64,000 nucleotides of DNA from Laetmonice hystrix (GCA_965235115.1 OZ249438.1:25668001-25732000), one strand, 5' to 3'. Shown: positions 1 through 14,150, numbered from the stretch's first letter. The notes: generated from the letters alone by a model not told the origin. Program-made: numbers and translations.

Positions 1-1316
1 CGCTCAGACTTGGTCAGAGAACACTGGCAAAGCCGAGTGCAGGAGGAGGTGGTCGGAAAGCACTGTCACTGCTGAAGTTCACAGGCGGTGGGTAGCGGTA
101 AGTGAAGTTCCAAGTCCATCCATTGAGTTGATTTAGGTTAATTTGCAGGGATACATCGGCCACCAGAGTGGTTATTCCCCCATGGTAACTTCCCCACAAA
201 CCTTTCGGGTAGGGGTTCGGGTTAAGGTCAGGGATAGGGATATGTTTTTGGGAGGTGTAGGGACCGGGGTTAGGGATAAGGTCGGGGCTATGGATTTTTA
301 CTTCTGATCAAATTTCGTGGGTTTTAAGTTACCACGGGGGATATACCCGGTACCCCCAAAGTTTACAGGCCCAATTCGTTGCATCCATAGTTGATTTCTC
401 ATTGTTTCTTATCTTGATTGCAGTTGATAGATTGTGCCTGTGCTAAATAGTGTCTGCTGTAGGTTTAGGCTCAGTAGCAGTGTAGTGTTGAATGGAGTGA
501 TTGAGTGGTGGTCTTTAAACCCTGTCAACAACTGTGAATAGCATGAATAATCTTGAGGATTTCATCGACCAGAATAAGCGCTTTCGAATTGCAAATTCTG
601 GTGGCCAATTGACAGATCTATTTCTTAAAGGCACACTTTTCCCAGTCTCATAAAGGAAGAGAAAATAAAATATGAAGCCCGTATTAAAATAATCAGTCAT
701 GTTGGAGCATTTAAATAACGGAGTTGTATCGCTGGACTAGAGCCAGAAAAAGGCTGCCATGCCATCTACTAGAAGAGTGATGCCCGACCTCATAATGCTG
801 GGGATTTTCTTTTGATATGTTAAAAATAAAATACTTTCAATGGTGTGATTGATGACAATCTACTGAAGACGGATATTTGAGTTGTAAGAGCTCCATATTT
901 TCATTGAACTGCATGAACCGTTAGTTTGATTCTAATATTTTCAGCTGTACTGTAACCATGAATCTTTCTTTTCTTGTTAACACCCCCGTAACGAGAAAAT
1001 GTGCCTAGACTATTCTGACTGTTGTATACCGTAACTCCGGTTATAGAACCATTTTTACTGCATTTTATCAGGGCTGTCCATTTGTCTTGATGTCACATAT
1101 TTGGAGCAACAACAACGCAAATTGAGCGACAGATAGATTTCGGAGCCAGGCCTAGACCTACATGATGCATCTTTGATTTGAAGATGTCCTAGAGGCTAGA
1201 CTAGTGACCCATGAAAGTCAAAGCACTGTAACGACGGAGTTAATCTCCCATGGCATGAGTAAGCGAAACGGAGACAGTACCTTTTTGGTACTTGTATTTG
1301 TCACATTTTACCTTAA

Positions 1317-1500
1317 GGACAAGTGCTAGTGTGAGGCCAAAAATTGGTTTGAGACAGATTTTTTTTAAATTTTGCAGATAAACAGAGTATGTTGTCCTCT
1401 TTCAAAATTCAGCAAAAAAATGATACCTCACCGGCTTAGTTTTTTTGTTAGGAGCGTTTGAAGTTGGAATTTTCTTCATGTTAATGAATACAGTTTACAA

Positions 1501-1532
<32 letters not shown>

Positions 1533-1729
1533 TTTTTGTCAGAACGGTGTTATGACAAATAGAAGTGGTTAAAAAAAAAAAAAAAAAGAGAAAAAAAAAA
1601 TTTTGACTTTGAACATTTTCACTGGTGTAAATGAGCAAAAAGTGAAAAAGTTCAAAATCAAACTTTTTTTTTTTTTTTTTTTTTTTTTACCACTTCTATA
1701 ACTTGGAGACCGTTATGACAAATAGAAAT

Positions 1730-1762
<33 letters not shown>

Positions 1763-1948
1763 CTAAACAGTAATTAGTAATTAACATGACAAACATATCA
1801 ATTTCAAACGCTCTTAACAAAAAAAGTAACCTGGTGAGGTATCATTTTTTTGCTGAATTTTGAAAGAGGACAACATACTCTGTTTATCTGCAAAATTTAA
1901 AAAAAATCTGTCTCAAACCAATTTTTGGCCTCACACTAGCACTTGTCC
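1317..1948. mobile_element. Fold-back MITE with long TIRs and TTAA target duplication (Kolobok-like GG...CC ends)
   Basis: TTAA at 1313-1316 and 1949-1952. Near-perfect inverted repeat of about 116 bp (GGACAAGTGCTAGTGTGAGGCC...), with poly-A/T internal segments. Confidence 0.85.
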
Positions 1949-4414
1949 TTAATCTGAACAGATTATACTTGGACGTCTGTTTCCCAACATCTCTGCTGTC
2001 TACTCTCACCCCCTTTCTTTGCAAAATCGCTGATAATTTGCTGGGATTGATAGCTCTGCTGCACAGATTTGGATGTACTTTGCACCAAGCAGCCGCCACC
2101 TTAGACATCCCTGTTATCGGAGACAGGGCCGAGGTGGCTTAGGGGATGAAGATATTGTGGTTCTCATTTAAAGGAATGGAACGTTTCCCTAAATAAATAA
2201 ATAATACCTTTATTGTTATTTTTACAGATTTTGTAACAGTGTTTGAGATTCGCTAAGTTAAAGGTGAATGAATATCACGTGGAGAATGTACCGGTAGTAG
2301 GACTCCAGACACGAGTGGTGATCAATAGAATGTCGTATTGCAGCCACAGACGGGTTCTCCGAGTTGTTGAGCCGTGCTGCCAATCCTTGTTTGACTATCT
2401 CTACACAGCTGAATAATTCCACTATCAGTCTGTGAGAGCGTTGAACAGGCGTGGTCTATTTCAGGAATGGTTTGCTAGGCGAGGTTTTTCACTCTGCCAG
2501 ACATCGTAAAAGGGTGCAAGTATAGATTCCAGCACACAGAGATTCCTTTGAAGGTGGAAAGAGACAGAAACATAGGGAGGGGGGGGGGGGCATTTTGCGC
2601 CCACCGTCCCCAGGTGTGCAGAAGGTATTAGGGGAAGGGAACTACGTTGCAGGGACCGCCTGTCAATATGAGGCGCGCGTGTCCTTTTTCCAGTATGAGA
2701 AATCCGCGGCCTCATCACTGTGGCCGTGCCAGCGGGGCTGGGAGACTGTCTCCCCGGTTAAAGCTGGTCTATCGTTGCCTGGCAGGTCAGATGGGGTCAC
2801 CTTACCGCCACCGGCTCCAAGTAGATGTGTCTCTTCTCATTTCATTAGCGTGTCGCTTCAGCTTGTCAGACATTCACTCCCCGGAGGGATTTCAACAATT
2901 CCTCCTGCTCCACCTCCATCAAGGGGGATTGACCTTCAAAATACTCAACAATGCACCTTGGATTGCTTAATACAATTCACCAAAATCTTATTCAACAAGA
3001 AGGGCAGCGTGTTTTCGCTTTTTCTTTATGTAAAGTGGAGCCTTCCAACATAATGCCTTTTCGTTAACCATGAGTTGAGAGGCATAGAAAAGCCGACAAT
3101 TCTGTAATAATACAGTAAAATTTCATGTTGCTGTAGAATTTTTTTTGATATTTTAGATTTTTCTAAAAAAGACCAAAACAGATCAGTACAGCGGCTCATA
3201 TGCGCGCATCAAAATCTGCATAATATCGGCGCATCAATGATTACAAATTCACCACACGTGTGTACACTGTACACAACAGCCGACCATTGATACGACTTGG
3301 TACATACATACAAAAGATACCTGGTCCAAGGTAACAGGTGCTCATGAAAGGGGGTAGAAATGGCGAGCTGTGAAAGTGAGTGTGGCATCTTTAATGGTGA
3401 CTGATGTTCAAGGACTGATGTCGGCAAGAGACATGTAACCGGGGATTTCTAGTCCACTGCTTTCCAGGCATTGATGGTGAAATGTTAATTGCAAATGACA
3501 CTTTTCGGTAGTCATTTTAAGGACAATCAATGCAGAGTTGTTGTTTATGGGAAATGAATATTCATCTCGTTGTCAGAGAATCCAGCGCTGGCGGCGAGGA
3601 TACTTTCAAGTCTGAATATCTATAGGCATGCGTTTTCTCAGAGAAATTCAGTGTAATTAAGTTATTGAATAATTGAGTAAATTATTCAGGATGGTATAAC
3701 TATGAAAGTTGTCATAACACGAATGTACGAAGTATCCGATGTGACCAAGAGCAGATGTTAGACAACCTCTTAAACACTTATTTCAATTCTCAAATCTTGC
3801 CTTTAGCTAACATTACCCGGTATTTTCACGTCAGATACACAATGAAATTGCCCTCACATCGGGCAATCAGCATTGTTGTTCAACGATGAAATGAAACATG
3901 ATTGTTAAAGTGGCAAGACATTAAGAGGTATCAAATACTTATTTCCGGGACCTTGCATCCGTATACATAGTGCAATCAGGGGACAAATGACATTAGTGGC
4001 AGTTTTTAACGCCTTCCAGTATGTGTATATGATTTTTTTTTTTTGGGGGGGGGGGGGATGTCTTGCATAGTTTATTTCTGTTTGAACATATGTTCCCTAT
4101 TTTTACGGTAGTAGGACCTTCACTCAAGGAGACTTGAAATGGGCCTTTCGTTTCGTCGTGTCGTTCGGTGGGTGACAGATGTAATATGGCATTTGCTCTG
4201 CACCAGAACCGAACTCCACGCGACTTATGGGAGAGGTTTTCTATTCTAATGGGGGGGGGGGGGGGCTAGCATATTGATAAAATAAAACAAGATTGGGGGT
4301 TTGGTTTAAAATGTGGTTGTTGGTAGTTATTCTAGGATGTCTGTCTTGGTGGCGATTGCCAAGACAAAGCTGAGACAATTGTCAAGACAGGCTGCGCTGG
4401 TGGCTGCTTCAGAA

Positions 4415-4530
4415 CTCTCTCTCCCTGTCTCTCTCTATCTCTGTCTCCCTCTCTGTCTCTCTGTGTCTCTTTCTGACTGTCTGTCTCTCTGCCTGTATCT
4501 CTGCATGTATGTCTCTACCTCCCCGTTCTC
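4415..4530. repeat. CT/TC-rich degenerate microsatellite
   Basis: Visible (CT)n/(CTGT)n low-complexity tract. Confidence 0.8.
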
Positions 4531-6081
4531 TCTAAGAAAGGGGGTATCTAGGGTAGTAAACCATATATCAAAGGAAATTATCTCACCAAAATGCGGTGTG
4601 ATGTGGCCTTTAAGGAACACATTTCCTCATGATATACATTTCACGCCAAAATTTTGAGTGTAAGACTTCATGTCTGTCTCAGGAATTATTCATGGTGAAG
4701 GCGCTTTGTTCCCTGTTGACAGTCGTCTCCGAGATGAACATAATATGCCCATTACCAATAAAATGACATGGCAAGTGGTGCGGGGAAACGCTTGCCCTGT
4801 ACCAGAGAGGAAATTCGTGATTGTGCGTGTGAAATGAAGGAGATCATCTACTCGTTCAACATTATTGAAATGTTGGCAAATCCAATTGATTTGGAGATTT
4901 TCATGGCTTTTTTTGCCGGGAGTGAAACATGTTTAAATAAAGTCACCTTAACAAGGTAGTAGTAACTTCAATAGTCAAAATCGTTTGTGAGAAATACTGG
5001 GCCCATTTCCTAGCAGACCAGCCAATCAGAAGCATTAAGCTCAAGCTAGATCTTAAGCTTTTAGGAACTGGACGCTGGTAAGCATAGAGGCCACTCAAGT
5101 TATAATAACGACCCAACCTCAAGAAGGATAGGGCATTGGACGACATTCTAGGCTTGATCTAATGGTTGCGTGTGGTTTTTAGAAGACATTGTGCATTGCC
5201 AGAAGGAGCTAACTTTGATTTATGCAACATGACCGTCTCAGAGGCAACTCGTGCAGTCAAAAAGCATCTAGACTAAAGAATATCTAGGGCAATAGATCTG
5301 AAAAAAGCTACATTTGGTGTGTTTATTTTATACAATTTTAGACAATAAATATGCTGGGACATGTCATCTCATAGTATCTCCATATTGCGACAAAAAGCGC
5401 GTCGAGTTTCATGGGCGCCCAATGATCCGACAGGTGTGATGAAGGCATTCTGACGCGTAAGCTGGCCAGAGAATTAAACCAGGCCCACCTGCTGCTGTGT
5501 TGATGACAAGTAGACATAGACAGGATTAGTCTGTAGATATCTTTGTCTATTTGCCTAATCAGATTAGAAAACACGGAGCGGCTGTGTTGTTGTTGGCAGG
5601 GAGAGATCACTCCAAATGTTAAAGTTGGCTTGTGTGAGGAAGGAGGAGAGAAATAGATTCTGGCCGTACTGTGTCGTCTGTCCTTGAATTGAATTGCGCC
5701 CATGTAAAGACCTTGCGACTCGCGGTGCCGGTAGGACGATTTTTCTGTCCTTCAGTGATGGGTGGTGGTTAGACTACTAGCTGGCACCATACATAAATGT
5801 ATACATACATGAATACCATGTATACAGGGGAAATTTAGCTGAACAGGATCTGCACTTGTAATTTCTTGTAAACAGACTTCCAGTAATGTGTCAAATTTGT
5901 TTGAAATTAATGCTTGAATAAATGGCCGAGTGGTGATAGTTCCCCATTTGCTATTTGATTGACCTGTTTTGTATTATGTGGGCATAACATATTATGTGGG
6001 TATACTACGAAATAACGGAATTAAAATTGACCCTTTCCCTTAAGAAGGGGAAAGATCAAAAGTAAGAATAAAAAGTCACTC

Positions 6082-6737
6082 AACCCTCACCGACGACCCT
6101 CCCCGCCCATAAGATAACGTCCCGCCTCGATCACACATGTATGTGGTTGAACCCTCACCGACGACCCTCCCCGCCATAAGATTACGTCCCGCCTCGATCA
6201 CACATGTATGTGGGTGAACCCTCACCGACGACCCTCCCCGCCATAAGATTACGTCCCGCCTCGATCACACATGTATGTGGGTGAACCCTCACCGACGACC
6301 CTCCCCGCCCATAAGATTACGTCCCGCTTCGATCACACATGTATGTGGGTGAACCCTTACCGACGACCCTCCCCGCCCATAAGATTACGTCCCGCCTTGA
6401 TCACACATGTATGTGGGTGAACCCTCACCGACGACCCTCCCCGCCCATAAGATTACGTCCCGCTTCGATCACACATGTATGTGGGTGAACCCTCACCGAC
6501 GACCCTCCCCGCCCATAAGATTACGTCCCGCCTTGATCACACATGTATGTGGGTGAACCCTCACCGACGACCCCCCCCCCCCGCCCATAAGATTACGTCC
6601 CGCCTCGATCACACATGTATGTGGGTGAACCCTCACCGACGACCCTCCCCGCCCATAAGATAACGTCCCGCCTCGATCACATATTACGTCCCGCCTCGAT
6701 CACACATGAACCCTCACCGACGACCCTCCCCGCCCAT
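6082..6737. repeat. Tandem array, 68-bp unit, about 9.5 copies
   Basis: Unit AACCCTCACCGACGACCCTCCCCGCCCATAAGATTACGTCCCGCCTCGATCACACATGTATGTGGGTG; the last copy is rearranged. Confidence 0.97.
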
Positions 6738-9700
6738 ACGTCTGAACCGAAAGTGCCAATTCCTGATTTAACGTTAAAAATAACGTTAGTGTTTGCCCGG
6801 CAGCTGTTTGGATAAGTAGTCGATAGAAACAAAAGAGACACTAGCTGCATTGCTTGTTCAAGCATGATTTCCTTGCCGCAAAATGCGAATCAACTGACAG
6901 TAGGGACCATTGATCCTAGAAAGAAGAAACAAAAAATATCTCCCCACAAAATTAATTAACGCTTCTCCAGCGTAGGTGATCAGGAAATATTGCAACCGTG
7001 AATGTACTACACCAGTTAACTTCAAGATAGCTTCAAAAATATCAAGGCCCAGTTTATTGGAACAAACTGCCAACCAGAATACCATCATGGACGGATAAGA
7101 ATGAATTTAAAACTGCAATTAAAAACTTTTACTTTGAAATATTTTTAACAAATGACCAACGTTGAGTGATTTATAAAATAGTTATTTTTAGGTTCCTCGA
7201 ATGAAAGTGGTTATACATGTAGTACTTGTTTAGAATCTGTATTTGTTCGTTAAACTGTATGTTCTCCTGTATGTTATAGAGAGGATCCTGCATTTGTGAC
7301 GGCATCATATAGCCGGGCGGGATATCCTGTTTAAATATGATAAATTAAAAAAAAAACAACAACAAAAAACAGTAGATTTTTTACGGCATATTCTGGACAT
7401 TTAGAAGGATTCTTTAGCAGTTCAACTTCGGTCGGTGCATGACGAGCAAGTGACAAAGCGTTGCTCGGTGTGGGCAAACGAATGTTATCGCCAGACATGT
7501 AAACATGTGGGTACATGTAAACGTAATGATGTTCACACACGTCATGACGACCACAAGTATCCGGGTATTATCGTCTGTAAACATTAACCGGACTGGAGAC
7601 CACAGAAATAGATCAAGACTATTCAGAGCGATATTTAGAGTCACGCACGTTTCTGTATAGCCTCAATTATTCTACCATGGTGTATGATTTGCTTGGGGGC
7701 AATACAATGGTCTGGACCAAACTGCTGCCAAAATCTGCCTCCCATATTTCCAAAGTAAGAGCATGGATTTTATTACCCCCCTCCTTTGTCTATGTCCATG
7801 TCACCGACTTGCAGATGTCAAACGTGAACAAATATGTTTACTGGTGTCGCGGAGGAGGGGGGGGGGAGGGGGTCGGCCCCTGGCGCACCTTGGCCGAATG
7901 CTGTCTGCTGCAGGAAAGTGTCAGTTTTATAGATGCAGCTTAACTAGATTGGGGAGGGTGGGGGGGGGAAAGAATCCACTCTAGCCACGTGCATACACCA
8001 GCCAGTTCCTGATTCTAGTCATGCACGTACATGTAACCCTACACTCGTATTCTGATGGAACATGCCTACATCTGGAGATGACTTCCTATAGTCGGAAAAC
8101 AAGACAGCTTCCAGTCCCTCAGCTCTCAGTAAACATTGTCTTGAAAAGTCGACTGGTATACCTACAGGATATATGATATACACTGTACTAAACGTGGATA
8201 ATTCAGTAACGTCTCATTTTCCAATATCTCTAAATGTGTCCGGAAAAGAAGAAGAATCCAGTGCCAGTCCCTGATAAGAAACGTTTTCCAAAGGTATCTA
8301 AAAGGTAAAACCTTTGTGAGTAAATGCCGAATCTTCTAAGGATAAGGACTCATAAAACTTCAATAATTTATCACGTCCCGTTCCTCAAAATAGCTTTGAA
8401 CGCCGTCAAAATGTAGGCAGTGGCTAGAAAGGGAATGCCGAGACTGCGAAATCTAAACACCCTAAACTCATGGACATGGACCAAGTTTTCCTAGCAGGTA
8501 GCAGCACACGTGTCGTTCATATGCTTCCACGTTCTACCACTAGAGGGCAGTATTATTACGAAATCCTCGAAATAACTAGGTTCCCGCTCACTCCACTTGG
8601 TGTCAGCACCGAGGGCGTTCCGCGGACCTGAGTCCGTGGAACGACCAGCAGAGACCCCTGTGAGCAGAGATGTGAATGAGAACCAGGCAAAACCTTGGAA
8701 GGGCTCGTGATGACGGAGAAGTGGGGTGGGGTGGGGGTGGGGGAGGGGGGCGCTAATGTCACAGCTCTGATTCTTGGCAGATGTTATGTCCATCCACCCA
8801 ATTCTAAGATATACATTTATAAATTAATATTTACTATCATCATCCCACATCATCGCCATCATCATATATTCAGTGTATATATATAAAATGTTTCTTTTCT
8901 GTTTACAGTAATTGTACTCGCCTTGATTAACAAGGTCCTATATCACGAAGACAAAAGTGTTTGCTATTAAAACAATCGCCCTTCCTATTTTTGAATAAAG
9001 GCGGCAGTAGCACTATACCATATCAGGGCCCGTTTCACAACTTGAAGTCAGTTTTACTTGAATCTGATTGGTTAAAAATGAATGGATTTCAAATAATTTT
9101 TAAATTTGATTTGATTTGTGAACATTATGAACTGTTAACAGGTTAGAAGCCAAATAATCGGAGGCTCAGGATGCGTGCCTTACCAAGGTCCCACAATATA
9201 TATTTTCGTCTTTCGACAAGGTGACCTACCGTACATGAGAGAGGATATTTGTCAGAGGTGCGTGGTCAGTGACAATACACCCGTAGCCATATTATTTACT
9301 TTGTCATGAAGTGATGGTGTCAGTGTGCTAGAGAAGGGAGATGTGGGGGTTTGGGGAAACACGACAATCCGTGCACCTACCGGCTTAATCGGCCAGCACT
9401 GGGTGTGGTGGCGAGTAATAACGACATTGATGAGATTATCGGCAGGAGGACACGCCCAGTAATCCGACCTGGAGCCGTCGCTCGGTAATCTCCAGATTCC
9501 GGGTCCGGTCAGCGGGTCGTTTGTTGGCCGTCCAGTGGCCACGCCTGCTCGGCCACGTGATCGAAGTCATGATGGACGATTTGTCAGGACTGAGACAACT
9601 TTATTGGTCTTTTTATGTCAACGACTGTAAACTGGTTCATGATAAAAGAAACGGAGCGGAGGGGCATCTAGAATAAAATACTGTATTTGTCTGAGATTAG

Positions 9701-11093
9701 TTCATACGCTCCCCACCAGATGACGCTTTACGTGTTCAAATTCGCAAAGTTAAATGGTGGGACAGTAGACCAATATGGCCCTGAGAGGGGTTCTGAAGCC
9801 CGAAACATCCTTATTATTATAGGCCTACAGTTTGACATTTGCATTAATGGATCATGGATTGATCCTTAGTGTGTAACCTTACTAAAGTACAGTCGGGTTA
9901 ACTAAAGCGTGCTGTAAGGCTAGCTACGTTTGTAGGTATTCTCAGTTGTAGTTGACTGGAGGGAATGGTCTCATGACACCAACAATAATATAATGTGTCT
10001 ATGAAAGAACGGGAGGGTGTTGTAGCTCTGAGGTGACCTTGTTATATTGTATCAAACAGTCGTGGATACGTTTTTATTTCCGAATTCTGCTGAGTAAGTG
10101 TAGAGCTAACGGTTGCCAATCATTTTAGGTGTTTATAATGAGATTTTGCCAAGCCATAATATCTTGCGCCTTTTACGGCAAAGGTTTGTTATGGTGCACT
10201 TGAAGGATTTATGACCTGATGACAATAGGAGGGCGCCACTCCTGACTGAAGAAAGGTAAATTAATCAACCCACTGCCTGCAAATTGGGTTCAAATTATAA
10301 TGGGATTACTGGGTGAAGGACAAGTAGAAGGTCAATGTCCATGCTCACAGCCGTGGATGAGATTTTTTTATCGTAAACAGATTTGCTGTGAATAATGATG
10401 AGATTCATATAGAAATTGCATTAGATCATTGAAATTGCAAAATGAACGTGGAATTAGTGTACCATCAGGCAGGTGGCTGCTAAACGTGATGTTTCTAAAA
10501 ATAAAAAAGATTCTGAATTAACAAGTTTTCCAAAACGTTTCAGCTGTCACAGCCTTGGTTTTTTAATGGAACCATAGTGTATAGAAATAGGTCAGGGAGT
10601 TAGAAATAATGAGCATGTAAGCCCCTTTTAAAATTGGCACATGATCAATTGCGACCGAAATGGCCAAACCGGTCGTGCGATCGTCCAACAAATTTTTGAA
10701 TCGCAACTGAATCGCAGTAGCTTTCACAAATGCGATCGTGTTCGTGCGTGCACATGCGAGTGTTGCACGAACCAGTTGCGTAACCTCGAGAATGACATCA
10801 CCTGTCATATCGCAGTGGGCATCAAATGGTCAGGACTTTCCCTCCTTTTGCACTTTTCTACAGCACAAATTAGACATCGTGATGTATTAAAACAATGACA
10901 ATCACACCCCAAAAAGAAGTTTGATTAGTTGTACTGTGCCGTGAACGTACCCGAGAGATCGCATGTAGTTTTGCAGTAGGGGAAAGAAATTATTATCGTA
11001 GAAAACTGAACAGGGTAATGCAAAGTTGTCTGGCTGGCACATTAAAGTTTCTTCAGACCATTACATTTTGTGCAACACTGATAATCTATAGAT

Positions 11094-11221
11094 CAGGGCC
11101 CAGCTTTTCAAAAATTCTCAACTTGAGTAAAGCTTACTTAAGTAAACAGGCCTCTGATTGGCTGACCTAAGCAAACCAGCCAATCAAGTTGAGATTTTTT
11201 AAAATAAAAAACTGGGCCCTG
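11094..11221. mobile_element. Short palindromic MITE
   Basis: Ends CAGGGCCCAG...CTGGGCCCTG, with internal inverted pairs TCTCAACTTGA/TCAAGTTGAGA and GATTGGCTG/CAGCCAATC. Confidence 0.7.
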
Positions 11222-12265
11222 CACAGGGTTTGCGAAGGCTGCGGGGGGATAGGCTTTAGCACGCCGATTCTTCAGGTTAGTAAGATAAGCTCCACAACTT
11301 TTCCCTAACCTGTTGAAGTGATTTTCTGAGTGCACACAGCAACGTGAAGTGCGTCTGCACCCTACGGAGGTCGGGGTGAAACTTGGGGGGGGGGGCTTAT
11401 CTAATCACGCAGTGCCACTTTTGGTCTGCACAGGGTTTGCGAAGCCTGTGCAGGGGGGGGGGGGAGATAAGCTACACAACTTTTCCAGAGCCTGTTGAAG
11501 CGATCATCTTGGTAAATATTGGGAGTGAGGCAGGTTTTCTTCAAAGTCCCTATAGTAGAGGGTTTTAATGCACTGAAACAGACCCTTGCTAGAAGCTACA
11601 TTTTGCTGCCTTCAGCCTATTACGTATAGCTTATAGCTTAGCGTCACGATAGCTAATGTTGACTCGCTGGAAAATAAGCCAGCCAAATGCAGCCTTTAGA
11701 CGATGGTTTGTGCCGTTGTGGACAACTTGAAGGTCATTGAATCCGTTCGTGAAGAGGCAGTGGGTTGGAGAGTTGGGAGGCGCGCTCTCAAGGCACAGTG
11801 GCGTCAAGGGGCCGTATGGATTCCACGCAGAAGGAATTCCTGGTACGATGGCTGGGACTAAAGGACTATTGGATAAGTCAAGTTCTCCCTCCTAATCTAC
11901 ACTGGTCCCAGTTATAATTTCTACTTCTTAGAATCTTCAAAAAGTCATGGAACCTATTTGCGGAACCAGAGACGAACAGCCAGCAAAACATTACAAAGGG
12001 ATATATATACTATCTTTAAAGATATTAGAAATCGCATTAATCAAAAGTAATGAAGAGGTTATGATTGTTGTAGTTATCCGTCCCTGTCCAGGTTTCACTG
12101 GAACTAAGGACGAAGTGGGTCACATAACGAGCTGGCTACCTTCTACGATTGGATTGAAATACGTGTTAGATCTTTATGATCGAAAGTTAAGAGATATCTT
12201 ATAGAAGGAAATGTACAGCATTCTTATACAGCTGCTTAAGCTGAATGTTTTGGCTGCCTTGGGTA

Positions 12266-14061
12266 TCAAGACACTAAAGACACTAAAATGCTGGAGCGCA
12301 TCAAGTTGTGTGGACGAGTACTGGAGATACGAGGCACAGTATCGTGCACAGTGGCGTAAAGTGGCAGAACATCTACAACAGTGTTGGTTGGACTTGGCAT
12401 CATGGCCGCAAATTGTTTTCGTATTTGACGTCTTGACTTTTTTGTTATCGCGTACGTCATAACGATACCGATAACGATTTTCACTAACCCAGCTCCATGA
12501 CGGGTTGGACCATTTGTATGGTATATCTGCTGTTTTGCTATAGTAGTCGCTTCAGAAGAAACTGCGACTTCTACATATTCCCAGGTCTCCTTGTGCCACA
12601 AGGGACGCTCCCTTAAAAATGACCCTGTATAAATCACCATCGGTAATAATATAAATGTGCGGCCAGCTGGTAGATGGCGAGACTTCGCTAAACTATAGTT
12701 GTCGATAAAGACGATTTGATCGATGGATACCAGGCTGGTGGTGTGACATGTACTGGTACGGGTATATTATAAGAGGTACTTACCAGAGGAATACGGGACC
12801 GACGATACACACCGGGCTACATTGTCGAAGTCACTACGTTCTTAAAAGCAAAGAAAATGTGTGGCTCATTAAAATAATGGTAGAATCATGCCAGAGCGCA
12901 GTTTGGTGATGTGCACCTAGCAGGTCCCAGATATTTCTAACCCATGACATAAATGCCTTGTATCTTGTTCATTTCAGAGATTGTATGCGTCGCAGGTATC
13001 ATGGCCAGATGATAAAGCAGTATGTATATTTAGTTACCCCGAAAATTGCCGATCAACCGCTTTTACTCGTGGTTCAGGTATACCTGTCACATTTGGAGAG
13101 GTTGTGGTTGTATAGCACATGCTAATCAGTGGGTTAGAGATGTGCTTTTTAATAATAGCCTGTCGTATTTCTTTTTACGAGCTAATGCATAACACCTAAC
13201 CTTGTGGATAACGGTTCACTGGGGAAGGATCAGGGATGGTGGAGATGCAGGATTTGGTCATCAATTCTTCACCATCACATCCCCTAATCTGAACCCAATA
13301 ACATATTTTAACACTACCGGTTGCTTGCGTGTGAATACCTGGACTGTCAAATTCAAATTTTTCTGTTCTGCTTTGAAAGGTCAAATAAGTATAAGTTTGA
13401 CAGTGCATGTGGAGCAGTCGCCAACTCACTTACTTCGTGTCTGAGTACCGTACGACCTTCAGACTTCGGAAGAGAAACTAGAAGGAACTGTAAACCAATA
13501 CATGTGTATATAGAAAATATAGAACCTTAGTTTTTCTTCTCTCTAACTCGAGATATTTTGCCCGAGTTATTGACTCCAAGTTTGCCGAAAATCTTGGTGT
13601 AGTTCTTTCAAGTGATGAACAGTTTTAGCGAACGACTATGAACAAACGAAGATCCGGAGATTGACCTTCATTGGTGGCAACAATAGGGCCTGGAGAGGAA
13701 ATCGCCTTTTTGATTCCTAGATTCCACCAAAGTGAGATTGACGCTCATAATGCTTTTGATGTGATGTCTTGATTCGAGCAGTTATATACCTTTAGACAGT
13801 ATACATGTACCTGTACACAGTATAACGTTTAGAAAGCATGTGACCTAGTGACTTATCATTGAGGACACAGAATAGTCGGCAGGCTTACATGCCGCAGATT
13901 ATCTACTCGTTCAGAGAGCTGTGCAGTTCCAGGCCAGTTAGCAAAGGGCACAAGTTTTAAGGTCGACTTTTGGCAAGTAGCAAGTTTGAAACAGAGCAAA
14001 AGTCAATATCACTCACAATGTTTTTTGCAATTATATGAAAAAATATATAATAACGATTCAT
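12266..14061 (-). CDS. Candidate multi-exon gene of unknown function (exons 14017-14061, 13889-13918, 13434-13487, 13201-13288, 12784-12840, 12266-12624)
   Basis: Six segments bounded by GT/AG join with consistent phases into one ~210 aa frame. Intron 13919-14016 has a GTGAGT donor and a GCTAAC branch-like motif. No recognisable homology, so chance assembly is possible. Confidence 0.3.
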
Positions 14062-14150
14062 ATCAGATCTTTTCTACTCCTTTTTAAGTACTGCCTATTC
14101 GCAGCTGATTTTTTTCTGGAGAAGCGCAGGAGGCAGAAGTATAGTCAAAC

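Noticed and set aside
6475-6815. Repetitive ORFs in the 68-bp array, and likewise at 37113-37623, 57408-57749 and 61021-61263
   Set aside because: They are translations of tandem repeats with no start/splice context or homology.
3321-7088. Further - strand exon candidates (3321-3367, about 4758-4798, 4945-5120, 5495-5625, near 6917)
   Set aside because: Several mutually incompatible phase-consistent chains can be built, which shows overfitting. Transcript data are needed.
8491-8660. PSYFEDFVIILPSSGRTW as a PLAT/LH2 domain fragment on the - strand
   Set aside because: Similarity is weak, the conserved W/FPC residues are missing, and it cannot be linked reliably to other exons.
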